Below are positions 14,376 to 29,090 of a stretch of 64,000 nucleotides of DNA, in pieces. The notes under the pieces are model-generated. The model did no database searches and was not told the DNA's origin. It saw nothing but the letters and a program-made list of their open reading frames with translations. A program made the translations under genes and the position numbers. The stretch lies in contig OX597826.1 in NCBI GenBank assembly GCA_951406725.2, forward strand, positions 27,156,001 to 27,220,000, given 5' to 3'. Position 1 is the first letter of the stretch. Each line of letters opens with the position of its first letter. The DNA is from Octopus vulgaris (taxonomy: Eukaryota).

Positions 14376-15378
14376 ATTGCTATCTATGTAGAAAAATGTG
14401 CTTCAAAGATTACAACTGAAGGAAACGAGACAATAGCATGTATGTACATTATAAAATAAAACGATAGTCAGCAAAAAAAAATAATAATAATAAATATCTC
14501 TAATCAATATAAGTAAATTAAGAAATTAAAGGGTTTTTTTTCCTATTATATTCATTCGGATTATGCATCACATGTAAATCACATTATTTACAGTCGTGTG
14601 TTGAACTCGGCGTTTCCTTATGAAAAAAAATCTAGTACATTGTCATTATTTAACTACAAGAAATTATAAGAGATCATTATTTTTTAATCATTTATTTCCT
14701 TTTATAATATTTTCATATTTCATCTAGTTATGATTTATTTTATTCATTTATTTGGTTAGTTAGTAAGTTGTTTGTTTGCTTTTGTTTGTTTTCTCTGTAA
14801 ACTTAATTTTCCCAGTTTGGTAAGTGTAATTAGATTTAGATAATATATCCTAAAATTTCCAGATTAAATAAATTAAATTGAATATACTAAATACAATTTT
14901 TTTAATAAAAAAAATGAAGCCATTAATGATTTGTCTCTCTTTTTACTATTTCGTGTGTTTGATTATTATTTTTATTATAATTTTCTTTTCTCTTTTTCAC
15001 AAAATTTTAATTTATCAATAAACAACCATGTTGAGAAATAACGTTTAACGCATTGTCAGAAATCAATTTTCTTCTCCCTCTCGCTCAATATTTTTGCAAC
15101 ACAAAGCATAACTCGCTTTATTTTAATTGATATTTTATGCTGGATTTTAACTAAATGAATAGCTTATTGAAGTGAAGGCATCGAAAATAAAGAACAAACA
15201 AACAAAAAAAAAAACGAAAAAGACACAAATATGCCAACAAAGACATACATGCAGAAATTAATACACATAATTTTGTTAAGCACGCTAGAGAGCTGAATTG
15301 GATTATTTGCGGCCATATTGTTTTAGTGAAATAAAAGCGAGAAAAGGATTTTCCTTTGCTTTTTAAGTATTATGTTTC

Positions 15379-15479
<101 letters not shown>

Positions 15480-15625
15480 ATTTGTTGTTGTCTTTTACTT
15501 AATGATTACTAACCAATCAAAGTTTATTCTAGACGGGGTCAAGGATTTAAAGAAAAATGGCAAACGAAAGACACAAAAATCTCAAATAAACAAAGGAAGC
15601 AAGAATAACAACAACAGTCTCCAAG

Positions 15626-15684
<59 letters not shown>

Positions 15685-15811
15685 AATGTGGGTATATATA
15701 TATTTGTATATATATATATGTAGTATCACATATTGGAACAATGCCGATTACCACACAATCAAATATTAAAACATCTCGTGTTGTTATTGTTATTCTTATT
15801 ATTGATATTGA

Positions 15812-15846
<35 letters not shown>

Positions 15847-15851
15847 TTATT

Positions 15852-15884
<33 letters not shown>

Positions 15885-16310
15885 GCTGTTACTATTTCTA
15901 TTCAAAGCATAACCATACGATAATGATGATGATGATAATGACGAAGACGGACAGTGGTAATGAAGGCGATTACGAAGGTGATGACGTTGGTGCTGTCGTT
16001 GTTCTAATTGTTCCTGTTGTTCGAGGTAATGGTGAGAATGGTGATGACGAGGAGGACGACGATACACGATGCGCAAAGAAGAAAAACGGGGATAGCTTCA
16101 CATTTATATCTTCAAAATAATAACAATATCAACGGTAGTGTACACGCACACACACACACGCACACACACACTCACACATGCATACACATGCATACACACA
16201 TATGCATACACATGCATACACACACATATATATGTATATGTATGTATATATATATATGTGTGTATTTATATATATAAATATATGTATATATATATATATG
16301 AATATATCTA

Positions 16311-16354
<44 letters not shown>

Positions 16355-16846
16355 CATATATTATATGCACATGCACATATGTATACATATCTATCTCTCT
16401 CTATATATATATATGCTTATATATATTTATACAAACACACACACACACACACACACGGATTCAACACGCATATATATATATATATATAAATATGTACATA
16501 AAACAAATAAAATAAAGAATTTACAATACATATTCAAAATTTTGAAGAATTATCTAAAGATTTCACAGTGTACAAAAGCAAAAGGTCGAACAGAAAGTCT
16601 GATAAAAGACTTATTGTTCTTTTGTAAAGGACCAATGAATAGGCGATCAATTATGGAGGCGAGCACACATACTTACACAGCTACAAACGCAGACGACACT
16701 GTATAACGGAAGCACATCTATAGAGGCTTTTATGAACTACAGTGGTCTCTGTTTAATCTGCATGATTTTTCTATCAACCACTCAAAACCCCAAAACTCTA
16801 CCCCTCATTCACTCTGGCCTTTTCGCCATTGTGATGTTGTTTATAT

Positions 16847-16910
<64 letters not shown>

Positions 16911-18133
16911 GATACAAACGCACTTTAAGTCATACACGCATATATATGTATATATACATACATCTCGCTCTAAATATATATATATATATATAATCATGCA
17001 TAAATACGTTTGTATATATATGTCCACATACATATATACATACATACAGACACTCACACACACACTCATATATATATATATATAAAACCATTCGCATAAT
17101 CATCAGAGCTCATTGATGCGAGTAAATGTAAATGCGTATGTATAAGTTGGAAGTTAGTGTATGTTTTGTGTGCGTGTGTGTCTCTCCCTTACTTCTCATC
17201 TCTCTCTCCCAATCTGTCTCTCTCCATCTTTCTCTCCTCCTCTCTCTTTCTGTGTCTCAGTTTCTAGGTCTGTGTATGTGCGTATGCGCACTTGCGTGAG
17301 TCTGCGCGTGTGCCCTTGTGAGAAGAACTATGTAAATAACATATAAAATCAAAAAAACAAAGGGACAAATTTGTTCCCTTTACAGAGTGGTAAGGCCTTG
17401 ATTCCTCACAATGGCCCCTTTTATTTTCTTTAAATCAAATTACGCAATAACGATTCATAATTCCTCATCGTTGTTTAACTCTGGTTAGTAATGAATGAAA
17501 AAAGGTTTGCCTTTAAATATCACTAAATGGGTTGCACTCCTTTGAAGAATTCAACATTTATTATATCGAATCAATTAAAAATACTGCATTGTATAAGGAC
17601 AGTGCTTCTTACATAAATATCCTGCATTCAAAATTTATTTCAACCCCACAGATTACGTAATACAGGCCCTCTGTAAAAAAATGTAGCCTCGACATGTTCG
17701 AGATGCTTGCTAGAAATAGCAAATATCTTTCTCTCAGTTCAAATCTCAAGCAAAAATTGAAGAATATATGAGGTACTATTACGTAAGCCGGTGATTCCTA
17801 TTACGCAACTCGACGCTCCCAATTCTTTTCATCAACATTAGAGAGAGAAATGCAAAAGATTTTATATGGTGGCGCGGATTCAACATATTAGCCAGTTTGG
17901 TGTTATGATGGCTATTCTCAAACCATGTCGAATACAGGAATGCAGAGTTGGACAAATCTACACTGCCATAACAATTGGAAACACGTGCATTTTGGTTTAT
18001 CTCTCCATCTATCTCTCTATTTATCTATCTACCTATCTGCTTGTATGTTTGTCTGTTTGTCTGTCTGCCTATCTATTAATCAATCAATCAATCTATTTAT
18101 TTATCTATATCTATCTATCTATCTATCTATCCA

Positions 18134-18188
<55 letters not shown>

Positions 18189-18988
18189 CTATGCATGTAT
18201 ATATATATATATATGTATGTATGTAAAAATACGCAAACTCCTACTTTAACACTCTCTATCTTATCTATCTATCTATTTGTCTATCTATCTATCTATCTAT
18301 TTATCTAAATATATACTTATATGTATTTGTATATGTGCGTGTATTTATATGTATATATGTGCATTGCGTGCACGCGTTGGTATTACCAGGAGTTCAGACA
18401 CGTCTAGCTTTTCAAGCTCAATAGATGTTAGCCATGTAGATATGTGTACATGTCCGAAGTAAAAGAAGTGTGAATAGTAACTGTAATGCTTCGAGAACTA
18501 TTATTCGCAAATTATAAGGCATATAATAGAACCACGGACATTTGGAATCAATACGTCTATGAAGGAGGGAAAAGACATGATATTAGAACATATTGAGGTT
18601 TGAACTATGTGCAAAATTTGATCGTTTGATCAATTAATCTTCTTCAGGAGAAGTAGAGAGACCTGAAGTAGACCTAGAGTAAAGAAGACATACTGTTGAT
18701 GAGGTTATTAATGGTGACTAAAGATCTCAGAAAAAAACTTCATTGAACGGGTGAACACATAATCAATTGACAGATTCAACAAGCTGTCCATTCGTAATAG
18801 ATTGATCATTAACAACAACAATAATAATAATGATCCTTTCTACTAAAGGTAAAAGGACTTAGATATTGGGACAGGGGTATAGTCAATTAAATTTACCCAA
18901 GTGCTCAGCTGTAACTTATTTTATCGACTCAGGAAGGATTAAAGGCAATGTCGGCCTTTGCGGAATTTGAACTTATTTGTTTTCAATA

Positions 18989-19794
18989 ATGAGTGCAAGA
19001 CAGTGTAAAAATGATCCAAACAGATTCTGCTATATCTGTGGGGAATTGACTTTTACTAAAGAAAACGCAATATTACACGCCATATCAAGAAAATATACAA
19101 GGTGTACTTCGACTGTTACTTAGGAGACCAGGATAAGTTATGCGCTCCTCATGTATGTTGCCTTATATGTGTGATGACATTGAGTGCCTGGTATGCAGGA
19201 AAAATGTTCACATGAAATTCGGTGTGCCAATGATTTGGCGTGAGCAGAAAGATCATTCTAATGATTGCTGTTTCTGTCACCATGACTTTACAGGCTGTAC
19301 TACAGCAAAGAAAAAGAAACACATTGTTTACCTAAATTTGCAATCAGCAATGCACCCAGTAGAGCACTCAGAAAATTTGCCTGTGCCCAAACCTCCAGAT
19401 CAAGAAATGCAGAGTTCCAGCAGTGCTGGTGAACATTCCAGTGGTGATGTGTGAAGCCCAATGATCCAGAAAGAGAGAATAAACCAATACCCTTTTCTCA
19501 AGAGGCTCTAAATGATTTGTGCAGGGATCACTATTTAACCAAAGAGAAAAGTGAGTTTCTGGCATCAAGGCTTCAAGAACGTAATCTTCTTGAGAAAGGA
19601 GTGAAGATAACACTGTACAGAAACTGTACAGAGGATCTGCTTGCGTTATTCACCATGAAGGATGACTTACGGTTTTGTAATGACATCACTGAACTTTTTG
19701 AGCAACTGGAAATAGCAAAAGATAAAAACCAACTGGCGACTTTTCATAGCTGCATCCAAGGACAGTATCAAAGCTGTTCTGCTACGCAATGGTA

Positions 19795-19797
<3 letters not shown>
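18989..19797 (+). pseudogene. Chapaev3-like (CMC superfamily) DNA transposase, N-terminal fragment, frameshifted
   Basis: MSARQCKNDPNRFCYICGE, YFDCYLGDQDK, APHVCC, KFGVPMIWREQKDHSNDCCFC, FSQEALNDLCRD..LTKEKSEFLASRLQERNLL and SIKAVLL.NGN match Chapaev3 transposase motifs as I recall them. It is cut off by a (CA)n run. Confidence 0.75.
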
Positions 19798-19893
<96 letters not shown>

Positions 19894-19923
19894 CTCTCTC
19901 TCTCTCTCTCTCTCGCTCTCTCG

Positions 19924-19970
<47 letters not shown>

Positions 19971-20106
19971 ATTTCAATTAGTATAACAATTTAAATACAT
20001 ATTCATGAATATAATTTTTCTAACTTTGAAAACAATAGTATTTTTTGGTATAAAAAATGGTATTGATGAAGACCGAGATTTAGAATTAGAAAAGGAAATT
20101 TAAATT

Positions 20107-20180
<74 letters not shown>

Positions 20181-20181
<1 letters not shown>

Positions 20182-21464
20182 GAGGGATGTATGAAAAGTT
20201 TTGAGTCTCACCTAGAAACGGGGCTGCTAGGTAGCTGAAACAATTTTTTCTGGTAAGTACAGTCGTTTCGGAGTATTCTTGCCCATTTTCATGATTCTGA
20301 TATTTTAATATTTGCTTTTGTTGCAGATTTTTGAATAAACAAGCTTCGAGTTTACAAGGAAAATAGAGAAAACTGAGTATCATGCCGTCATAAAGCACCT
20401 TCATTTGAAAGGTATGACTCCATCAGAAATCCATGAAGATATGGTGAGAACCTTAAGAGACAATTCTCCTTCATATGCAACAGTCACATGCTGGGTAAAT
20501 GAATTCAAGCGTGGCAGGGAGAGTGTGGAAAAGGATGCCAGACCGGGGAGACTTCCAACTGCAACCACCAAGGACAAACGTGACCTTGCTCTTGGTATGA
20601 TAATGCAAGATCGTCGAATATCATGTCGTCAGATAGCCGAGAGACTGTGCATCTCAACTGAAAGAGCAAACAACATTGTGACAAAAGAACTTGGGTTCTC
20701 AAAGGTTTCTGCAAGGTGGGCCCCTCGCCTTTCGACTCCTGAACAGAAACGCACCAGGTGTACTTTGTCAACGAGCAATCTGGAACTATTTGAAGCCGTT
20801 GAAGAGAATTTTCTTGCTCGTTTCATTACTATGGAAGAAATTTGGGTTCATCACTACCAACCTGAAACTAAAGAACAATCAAAGCAGTGGAAGCACACAT
20901 CGTGTCCTACCTCAAAGAAGGCCAGGGTCATTCCTTCAGCTGGCAAGGTCATGGCGTCCATTTTGGGGGATTCTCAAGGTATCTTGCTGATCGATTACCT
21001 TGAAAAGGGTCACACCATGACTGGGCTGTATTATTCTCAGCTACTGAAATCCCTCCGAGAAGCAATCAAAGGAAAAAGGCCGGGAATGCTCATCAGAGGA
21101 GTCCTTTTTCATCACAACAATGCTCCAGACCACACCTCAGTGGTTGCCATGTCAACAATTCATGATTGCGGATACGAACTTGTTCCCCATCCGCTATATT
21201 CACCAGACTTAGCTCCCTCTGACTTCTATCTATTTCCAAAAATGAGAAAAGCCCTGGCTGGTCACCATTTTTACCAGTGATAATTACATCATAGATGGTG
21301 TAGGAAGTTTCTTGGAGTCTAGAACAAAAGAGATTACGCCGGGATAATAGCGCTTCAGCACCGCTGGGGAAAGTGTTGAGCCATCGATGGGGACTATGTT
21401 GAAAAATAAATCATCAGAAGTCTTGTACCATGTTTTTTTTTTTTGAAGCTCAAGACTTTTCATA
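20181..21464 (+). mobile_element. Mariner (DD34D-type) transposon, dead copy
   Basis: Left TIR CGAGGGATGTATGAAAAGTTTTGAG follows a (TA)n run. The partial right TIR GCTCAAGACTTTTCATA lies at 21448-21464. Confidence 0.92.
20363..21409 (+). pseudogene. Mariner transposase pseudogene
   Basis: HTH region, WAPRL (for WVPRLL) and YSPDLAPSDFYLF are present. The first two catalytic Asp are lost (ITMEE, HHNNAP), the probable start is ATA, and there is a frameshift near 21270. It ends GDYVEK*. Confidence 0.9.
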
Positions 21465-22039
21465 AATATATATAATTTTAATTAGTATAACGACTTAAAT
21501 ACACTCATATAAATATATATAATTTTAATTAGTATAACGACTTAAATACACACATATGAATACACTTTTTCTAACTTTGAAAACAATAGTATTCTTTGGC
21601 ACTGGAAATTAGATTTAGAAAATGAAATTTAAATGATCTTAGCAGAATGTCAATAATATATTATTTCTAATTTAAAATGGATTAATTTTAGTTAGAAAGA
21701 TGGAAAAAAAATTCATGATATTATTAAGTGGAAAAAAAAAGAAGGTAAACTTGTTAAGATGTATCTCTACAAAATTTGTTCTAAGATAAATATTTAATTT
21801 ACATTTAATGCAGAATGAAAATTTATATCGGTATTAATAGATATATTCAATATATTTTATATTATTAATAAATGGAAAAAATAAACATGAACTGTTTATG
21901 AAATACGAATCTTAAGCCGTATTCAAAAAATCTATCGCATGGCGTTCTAGCAAAAATGTATGCTTTAAGATCTCTACATTGGACTTATATATGGGATGAA
22001 CGTTAACCTTTTGTCACCTTTGTTTTACTAGCTTGTTTG

Positions 22040-22390
22040 GATCCATGGACTGCGACCATGCTGGGGCACTGCCAGGAAGGGTTTAGTTGAACAAATTGAG
22101 AGCAATATCTATAATTTTATAGTCGGTGCTTATTCGCTTTTCGTTTGCCGAAACTTTAAGTTACGAGGACGTAAATAAACCAACAGCGGTTGTCAAGCGG
22201 TAGCAGCGGATAAACACAAACACACATACACATAGACATATACACACATATATACGACGACCTTCTTTCAGCTTCCTTTTATCAAATTCGCTCTCAAATC
22301 TTTGGTCATCCCAGTGCTTTGGGTACCACATAGTGGGACTGAAAAAAACCCTACATAGTTTAAGGAGCAACTTTCTTACTACACAGTCAC
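22040..22390 (-). mobile_element. SINE family B, degenerate
   Basis: Reverse-complement match to 7244-7635. Confidence 0.75.
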
Positions 22391-22445
22391 GCTTGACTTT
22401 ATGTGTTTCCTTGGTATATCAAGTAATAATCTCGACACTTTAGAG

Positions 22446-22767
22446 CAGTTATTCTCAACAGTGTTCCATATAAGGTTTTTGAGGGTCCACACAACAAGAT
22501 AGTAAATTAGAGACCCAAAGCAGTATCTTAAGGACCCCTAACAAAATTTGCATTAGATGTATGCATTAGTATGTATTGTGAGGTTTCTGTCTCAATCATT
22601 TTACATAGTTCCATCTGCACAACTGAACGTGTAAAATGCAAAATAAGAATTTTGAAAGGAAGTTTCTATAAAATTAATTTTTAAGTATCGAATGACTATG
22701 GGGGTCCACCAGAAGAAAATAGAAATCAAAGGGGTTCATCGATAAAAGAAATGGTTGAAAACCTTTC
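22446..22767. mobile_element. hAT (Charlie-like) MITE
   Basis: Perfect 8-bp TSD CTTTAGAG at 22438-22445 and 22768-22775. Degenerate TIRs CAGTTATTCTCAAC and GTTGAAAACCTTTC. Confidence 0.75.
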
Positions 22768-23384
22768 CTTTAGAGCATTCGTACGATCAAAATTTATGGT
22801 AGTTACCCTGCAACCAATATTAGCATTATACAAAGGACGCATGCATATTGAACGGTATTGCTTAGAACCTATGCAAAACCTTAGACATGATACACTCCAA
22901 GGAACACTCCGACATGGAAATACATGAGTATGCTATCAAGAACCAAATATATAAATTTATCATCAGGCTGATATGTACAGACAGAAGACGATACTCAGCT
23001 ATAGCCAAATGTTGATTAGGATCGTAATAACGTAACTAAGACGAATCCGAAAGAAAACTCGATCTGATGAGTAAATTTCATAATCCAATTCTATATTTCA
23101 TATATACGTATATTTCATATAAATAATTTGAAATACATGGAAAATATAAACGACATCTTTTTCTTTCATAATTTCGATATAAGAAAGAAAAGCCCTAATA
23201 TGAACATAAGATATTTTAAACATTAAAAGTAAGGATTTTTCATGTAGTTAAACTGTTTTGTAGTTCAGTAACTAAAAGCGATATATAGAAAGCCAAAATG
23301 CGGTTGTTATCAGATTCAGCGTAAAGATGGGCAAAACCAAGAGTGAAAAATGTTATAGTATCTTTAACAATATATATATGTATG

Positions 23385-23465
<81 letters not shown>

Positions 23466-24303
23466 GCATGCACGCAATATTTACTTGTCTGGTGTATATA
23501 TAGTACTACAGTTTTTTCCAGCTAAAATCAAATACACAATACTGTATGTGAGCTGTATGTATATATATATAATTAATAATATCAAAGGGTAATCTGAAAT
23601 ATTAGAAATTTCCATTACCAATGGCCTAGCGTGTAAAAATTTAGTCAATAGACTATATTTTTATTCATATAAATACAGTGTACATTTGAACACATAAGAG
23701 GTATCTATCATAGGACTATCTGCACGCTAGCGAGGACAGTTAAATTCCAAACCACTATTAGGGATAAAATTTCAAAGGGAATGAAAAATAAAAACATTTA
23801 CTAACTCCCGGACCAATGGTTTCAGATAAGACGAGAGAGTACTGAATATATATATATATGAAAGAATAATATATATATACGTTTATGAATTTATGTTGCA
23901 AGATTTCTTATGCGAAGTCGTGTGTTCAAACAGATATTATATTTCGGGATAGTCATTTTTTTAAAATTCTAGCACATGTCACAAACACAGATATAAGCAT
24001 GCGCATCGGAGGATACACATCAGAGAAGAACAGAATGGAGTAAGTAGAGCAAGAGCGCACACAAAACAGAAGGGGTCGCTGAGAAGTTCATAGATGTGTG
24101 ATGAAAGATTACCGGACAATGGACTGTAATAAACGCGTGAAGAACATATACATAGTGCGCGTGTTTATTTGGCAAAAAGAAAAAGCAAAAAAATGACCAT
24201 CCCCAAATACAACAATATATATATATATATATATACACATATATATATATGTATGAACATATATACATATGTATATATATATATATTTATATACATGTAT
24301 GTT

Positions 24304-24351
<48 letters not shown>

Positions 24352-24539
24352 TATATATATATGTGTGTGTTGTAATACAGAAGAGTTAAAATAGATCTTG
24401 CCGAATTTACTTAGAAGCACCACTGCGCATCTTTGGATAAAGAGCAGAGCTTACTCCAAAGAAATTATTCAAGAGACTTATTGTTAAGGACAATGGTTCA
24501 TACAGAGGTAAAGAGTTGTTGACTGGTCAAGACATTTGT

Positions 24540-24670
24540 TTCGTCCACATTTGACTTGTCGAGTAACTACTTCAACACTCAGTGATAGCACTGTAGGAGC
24601 TGCCTGACACAGATCCTGCCTGGTCGAAAACCATGCTGGATGTCACTCAGCAAGTCGTTTTCTTCAAAAA
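24540..24670 (-). pseudogene. CR1/L2-type reverse transcriptase fragment
   Basis: Minus-strand translation FEENDLLSDIQHGFRPGRICVRQLL..*..LLDKSNVD contains the QHGFR RT motif. Confidence 0.75.
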
Positions 24671-25944
24671 AATGCGATTACGTACCCTCTGACTATTCGT
24701 TCTATGACTTTACTGATGTGTGAAGTCCCAGATATCGATTCATAATTTTATGTATATGATCATGAAACGAAATACCTTCCATGTCAGAATTGGATCGAAA
24801 TATTGTGTGAATATCAGCAGCACTGTTGGATTTGATATTCTAAACAAATTACACATTAAATTCCTGTCAGTTTATAACGTAACTTTAATACCCAACACAG
24901 ATGAGAATATTCATAAAAAATCTCCATAGTTTTTCACACATGTTGTTTTTCTCTAAAACTGTTGAAGCTAATTCAAATGTTCTTAAATTTCATTCTTGTA
25001 CAATCTAAATTTTTCTTCCGCAGTATGAATAAACGTTTAAAACTTGTATTCCATTAAAGTATTCACAAACACCATTATCACCCCCAAAGTGTTGAGAATT
25101 TTAAAAGAATGTTTTCCTAGAATATATCTACTTAGATTTCAAACGACCAGGTTTTTAAGGAGACCAACAGCCACTACAATGAAACGTTCACTAAACATAA
25201 TGTGTAAACACTTGATTACAGTTATATCCATTATCAAAGTTTAAATATGAGATGCAGATTAGAATAATTCCATTCAAATTTATTCACTCTATCACAAATA
25301 ACTCCATATGTCTTTTAAGCTCAAATAAAAGGCTCACTCTCAACCAGAAATCCCATATGCTACTCTAAAATAAAATATTCAAAGTTTATATTCAACTCCA
25401 TACATTTTTGTCCTAAGGACATTATCACACTTAGAGGTGTTTGTGCATTTGAAGGAAATTGTAAGAAAAAAAATTTCGTTGGTTCACAGAGAGTAGTAAA
25501 ACGACCACCATTTAAGATTGCTTTCACCACAAACACGTTAAAAATATTTGCACTCACGCGCACACGCATGCAAAACGTACACAAGCACAAACATACGCAA
25601 ATACAGTGACATGCACACATTATAACCAGAAAAGTTGTCCACTCTTTCCTCAGGCTTTGATATTTTCCACAAATCCTTTTAACATTAAAACAGTAATCAT
25701 ATCTCTCGCAAACAAATAAATAGAAAATAGCCATCTTTTATCTTTTATCTTGACAACCGGTGATGATGTATTCACGTCCCCACAACCTTAGCTGTTCGGT
25801 AAAGGAGACCGATAGAACATGTACCATGCTTAGCAAAACTTAAGTACTGGTGTGGATTCATTCGACTAAAAGATTCTTTAACCTATAATTACTCAAACGA
25901 CACACAGAAATCATCATATCGTGAATCTTCAGAAATATATAGGA

Positions 25945-26344
25945 TAGGAGTGGCTGTGTGATAAATAGCTTGCTTACGAACCGCATAGTTCCAGGTTTAG
26001 TCCCACTGCGTAGCACTCTGAGGAAGTGTGTTCTAATCTAGACCCAGGCCGACCAAAGCCTTGTGAGTGGATTTGGTAGACAGAAACTGAAAGAATCCCG
26101 TCGTATATATCTATATATATATGTATGTGTGTGTATATGTTTGTGTGTCTGTGTTTGCCCCCACACCAACATCGCTTGACAACCGATACTGGTGTGTTTA
26201 CGTCACCGTAACTTAGCGGTTCGACAAAATAGACTGATAGAATAAGTATTAGGCTTACAAAGAATAAGTCCTGGTTTCGATTTGCTCGACTAAAGGCGGT
26301 GCTCCAGCATGGCCACAGTCACATGACTGAAGCAAGTAAAAGAG
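25945..26344 (+). mobile_element. SINE family B, full length
   Basis: Colinear with 7244-7635. Confidence 0.88.
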
Positions 26345-27682
26345 TACTTTAAATCTATGATTTCTTTATGAAAACTCTAACCACATTTTTCTTAAGGAAA
26401 TTAATATTTTTCAATAAAGTTAACAGACGCTGTCCACCGTGCATAAGACGATTTATTATAAGATGGGAGATCTGAGCAAGTACTAGGAAACGAATTCTTT
26501 CCGGAAGTTATAAACAACAGCTGCGGTCTTTTATGAGATTCATTATGTCGACGTGCCTGTGACTGATGAGGTACAACGCTGTTAACATACCGGCGTATCC
26601 CTTACACTAATGAATCGCGATTGTTTAGAACAAACATTCATCAGAAAGGAGATGTTTTTATTTGCTGAAACACTACAGCAATTAGCATATTCAAGTCCGA
26701 ATCTGCCAGAACATATTGTGACTGAATATGCAAATCAAAGAAAAATAAATAAATAAATAAATAAACATACTTTCCAACTACGTTTAGGTTCGTATTGACT
26801 GTGGTTACCTTATTTCATAATATTTCAAAGAGAGAACGAATTTTTGATGAATAATATCAGATAAATAATATCAGATATCAGTCCCGTTATTAGTTAGTAT
26901 AATAGCATAGCCCGGAAAAAACATGAATTATATGAAGAAATGAGAACAAGAGAAATAATATTCTTAAGAATAAACCTGGAGAAGTACAGGACGAATTATT
27001 ACAATTGGAAAAGATCAGGACAAGTTATTACGTCTGGTAAAGTGCAGAACAAAAAAAGTTTTACCTAAAATAAGGCAGCCAAGGACAATATCTCAATATT
27101 AAAAATTATTTGAATACTAAAATACTAAAATGAGTGCCGGAAGTAACAATATAGCTAAAGTTTTATGAAAAATAGAATAGTATATATGGTAAGCAAATTC
27201 ATTTAATAGAAAATAAGCATTGGGTCAAGACTTCAAATGTGAAGACTTGGCAATAACTTAGGCAATAACTCAAGCAAATTTTACAGTGAATTTGTTGTTA
27301 TGAGTAGATTTTACTGTAATATATAACTAATTTTTTTATATTATTTTATTTATTGTACTAACTAATTATATATCACTATTATTTTTCATAACTAGTTTTC
27401 AAATTTCTTCTTATTAATTAATAATTTAAAAAATGAATTTTTTTTAAGTGCAAAAAGTTATTTAAGTGCAAAGAGTTATTTTAAATTTTTAATAGAAGTA
27501 ACAACTAATAACAAATAGAAATAATAACTTGTTACAAAATTTTTAGATTTAATAAAAACCTAATATTTTCAAAATTTAAATATTCTATTTGAAATTTTAT
27601 CCTTAGCTGCAGTTTTAAGTAAAAACTTTCTTGTTCTGTACTTTTGCAGGTTTATAATCTTAAAAATATTTCTCTTATATTA

Positions 27683-27720
<38 letters not shown>

Positions 27721-28019
27721 CATACATGTATGTATGTATATATCTGTGTATGTATGTATATATATATATATTTATTTATATACAAGTATGTATGTATGTA
27801 TGTATGTATGTATGTATGTATGTATGTATGTATGTATGTATGTATGTATGTATGTATAAAGCGGATTTCTTTCATTTTCTATTGCCCAAATCCACCCACA
27901 AGGCTTTGGTCAGCCAGTAATTTTTCCAGAGCTAGTAGTTTTCAATCACTTCCAATTCGAACGATATTTATACTCAAAATTGTTGGATTGCTTTCACAAT
28001 TTTTTTCTTTCACTCATTA

Positions 28020-28360
28020 GAGTCTGGCCATGCTTGAGCACCACATTCGGGAATTTTGGTCGAACAATTCTACCCCAGTACTTATTATATTTTCTGATAA
28101 AGCCTTTCAAATTGTGAAGGGGACAAAGACAGACAGAAAGACACACTTAGACCACACACGCACAGACACACACACGCACGCACACACACATATATGTATA
28201 TGTATACACGACGGGATTCTTTCAGTTTCCGTCTAACAAATCCTCCCATAAGTCTTTGGTCGGCCCGAGTCTAGATTAGAACACACTTGTTCGGTGTGCT
28301 ACGCAGTGGGACTGAAACTGGAAACGTGGTTGCGAAACAAACACTTGACCACACAGTCTC
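28020..28360 (-). mobile_element. SINE family B, degenerate
   Basis: Reverse-complement head and body, e.g. CAGTGGGACTGAA. Confidence 0.7.
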
Positions 28361-28884
28361 ACATTTACCTCATCATAAGAATATGACACACATTCTTATC
28401 CAGCTTATTTTTAGTTAATCATTATTCTGACATTCCAAATTTTTTCATGAACCAACTTTTATTCCACTTCATTCGCTCCAACACAATTTATTCTAAACAG
28501 ATAAATTCTGTTTTATCTATGGTGTATTTGACTTTATAATTCTATTCTAGTAAATTTTACCTATTTGTTTTCTCAATAACAAATTGTACTTCACACGCAT
28601 TCACGTCAATTTGACACAACCTTTTATGATATCCATTGTTATTTTACGAGAAACATGTTTTATTTTTCACCTCCTTTTACACATAATCAAATATATTACT
28701 TTTTTGCACGAACAACTGAAAGGCACAATGCTATCAAATATGTTCATTTGCCGCATAGTCTCTCACGCTGTTGTTTACGTATAGACATAGAAATCAGGTG
28801 CATATCGACACACACAAACACGCGAATACAATACTCCATACATATATGAGTGTGTGCCTATATATATATGTATATATTTTTATA

Positions 28885-29090
28885 TATTTACTGGTTTCAG
28901 TCATTTAACTGCGGCCATGCGGGAGCACAGCCTTTAGTCGAATAAATTGACATATTCTTTGTAAGTCTAGTACTTATTTTATCTGTCTCTTTTGCCAAAC
29001 TGCTAGATTACGGGAACGTAAACACACCAACATCGGTTGACAAACGATGGAGGGCGGGACAAACACAAGCACACAAATACATACGTATAT
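28885..29090 (-). mobile_element. SINE family B, 3' half
   Basis: Tail reverse complement GTTTCAGTCATTTAACTGCGGCCATGC. Confidence 0.75.

Noticed and set aside
20405-21280. 291-aa ORF as an active or domesticated (SETMAR-like) transposase
   Set aside because: Two catalytic Asp are lost, the start codon is lost, the C-terminus is frameshifted, TIRs are still attached and there is no SET domain.
26558-26596. CTGATGA followed by a GGTA/TACC hairpin
   Set aside because: GGCG follows where GAAA is required, and there is no stem III.
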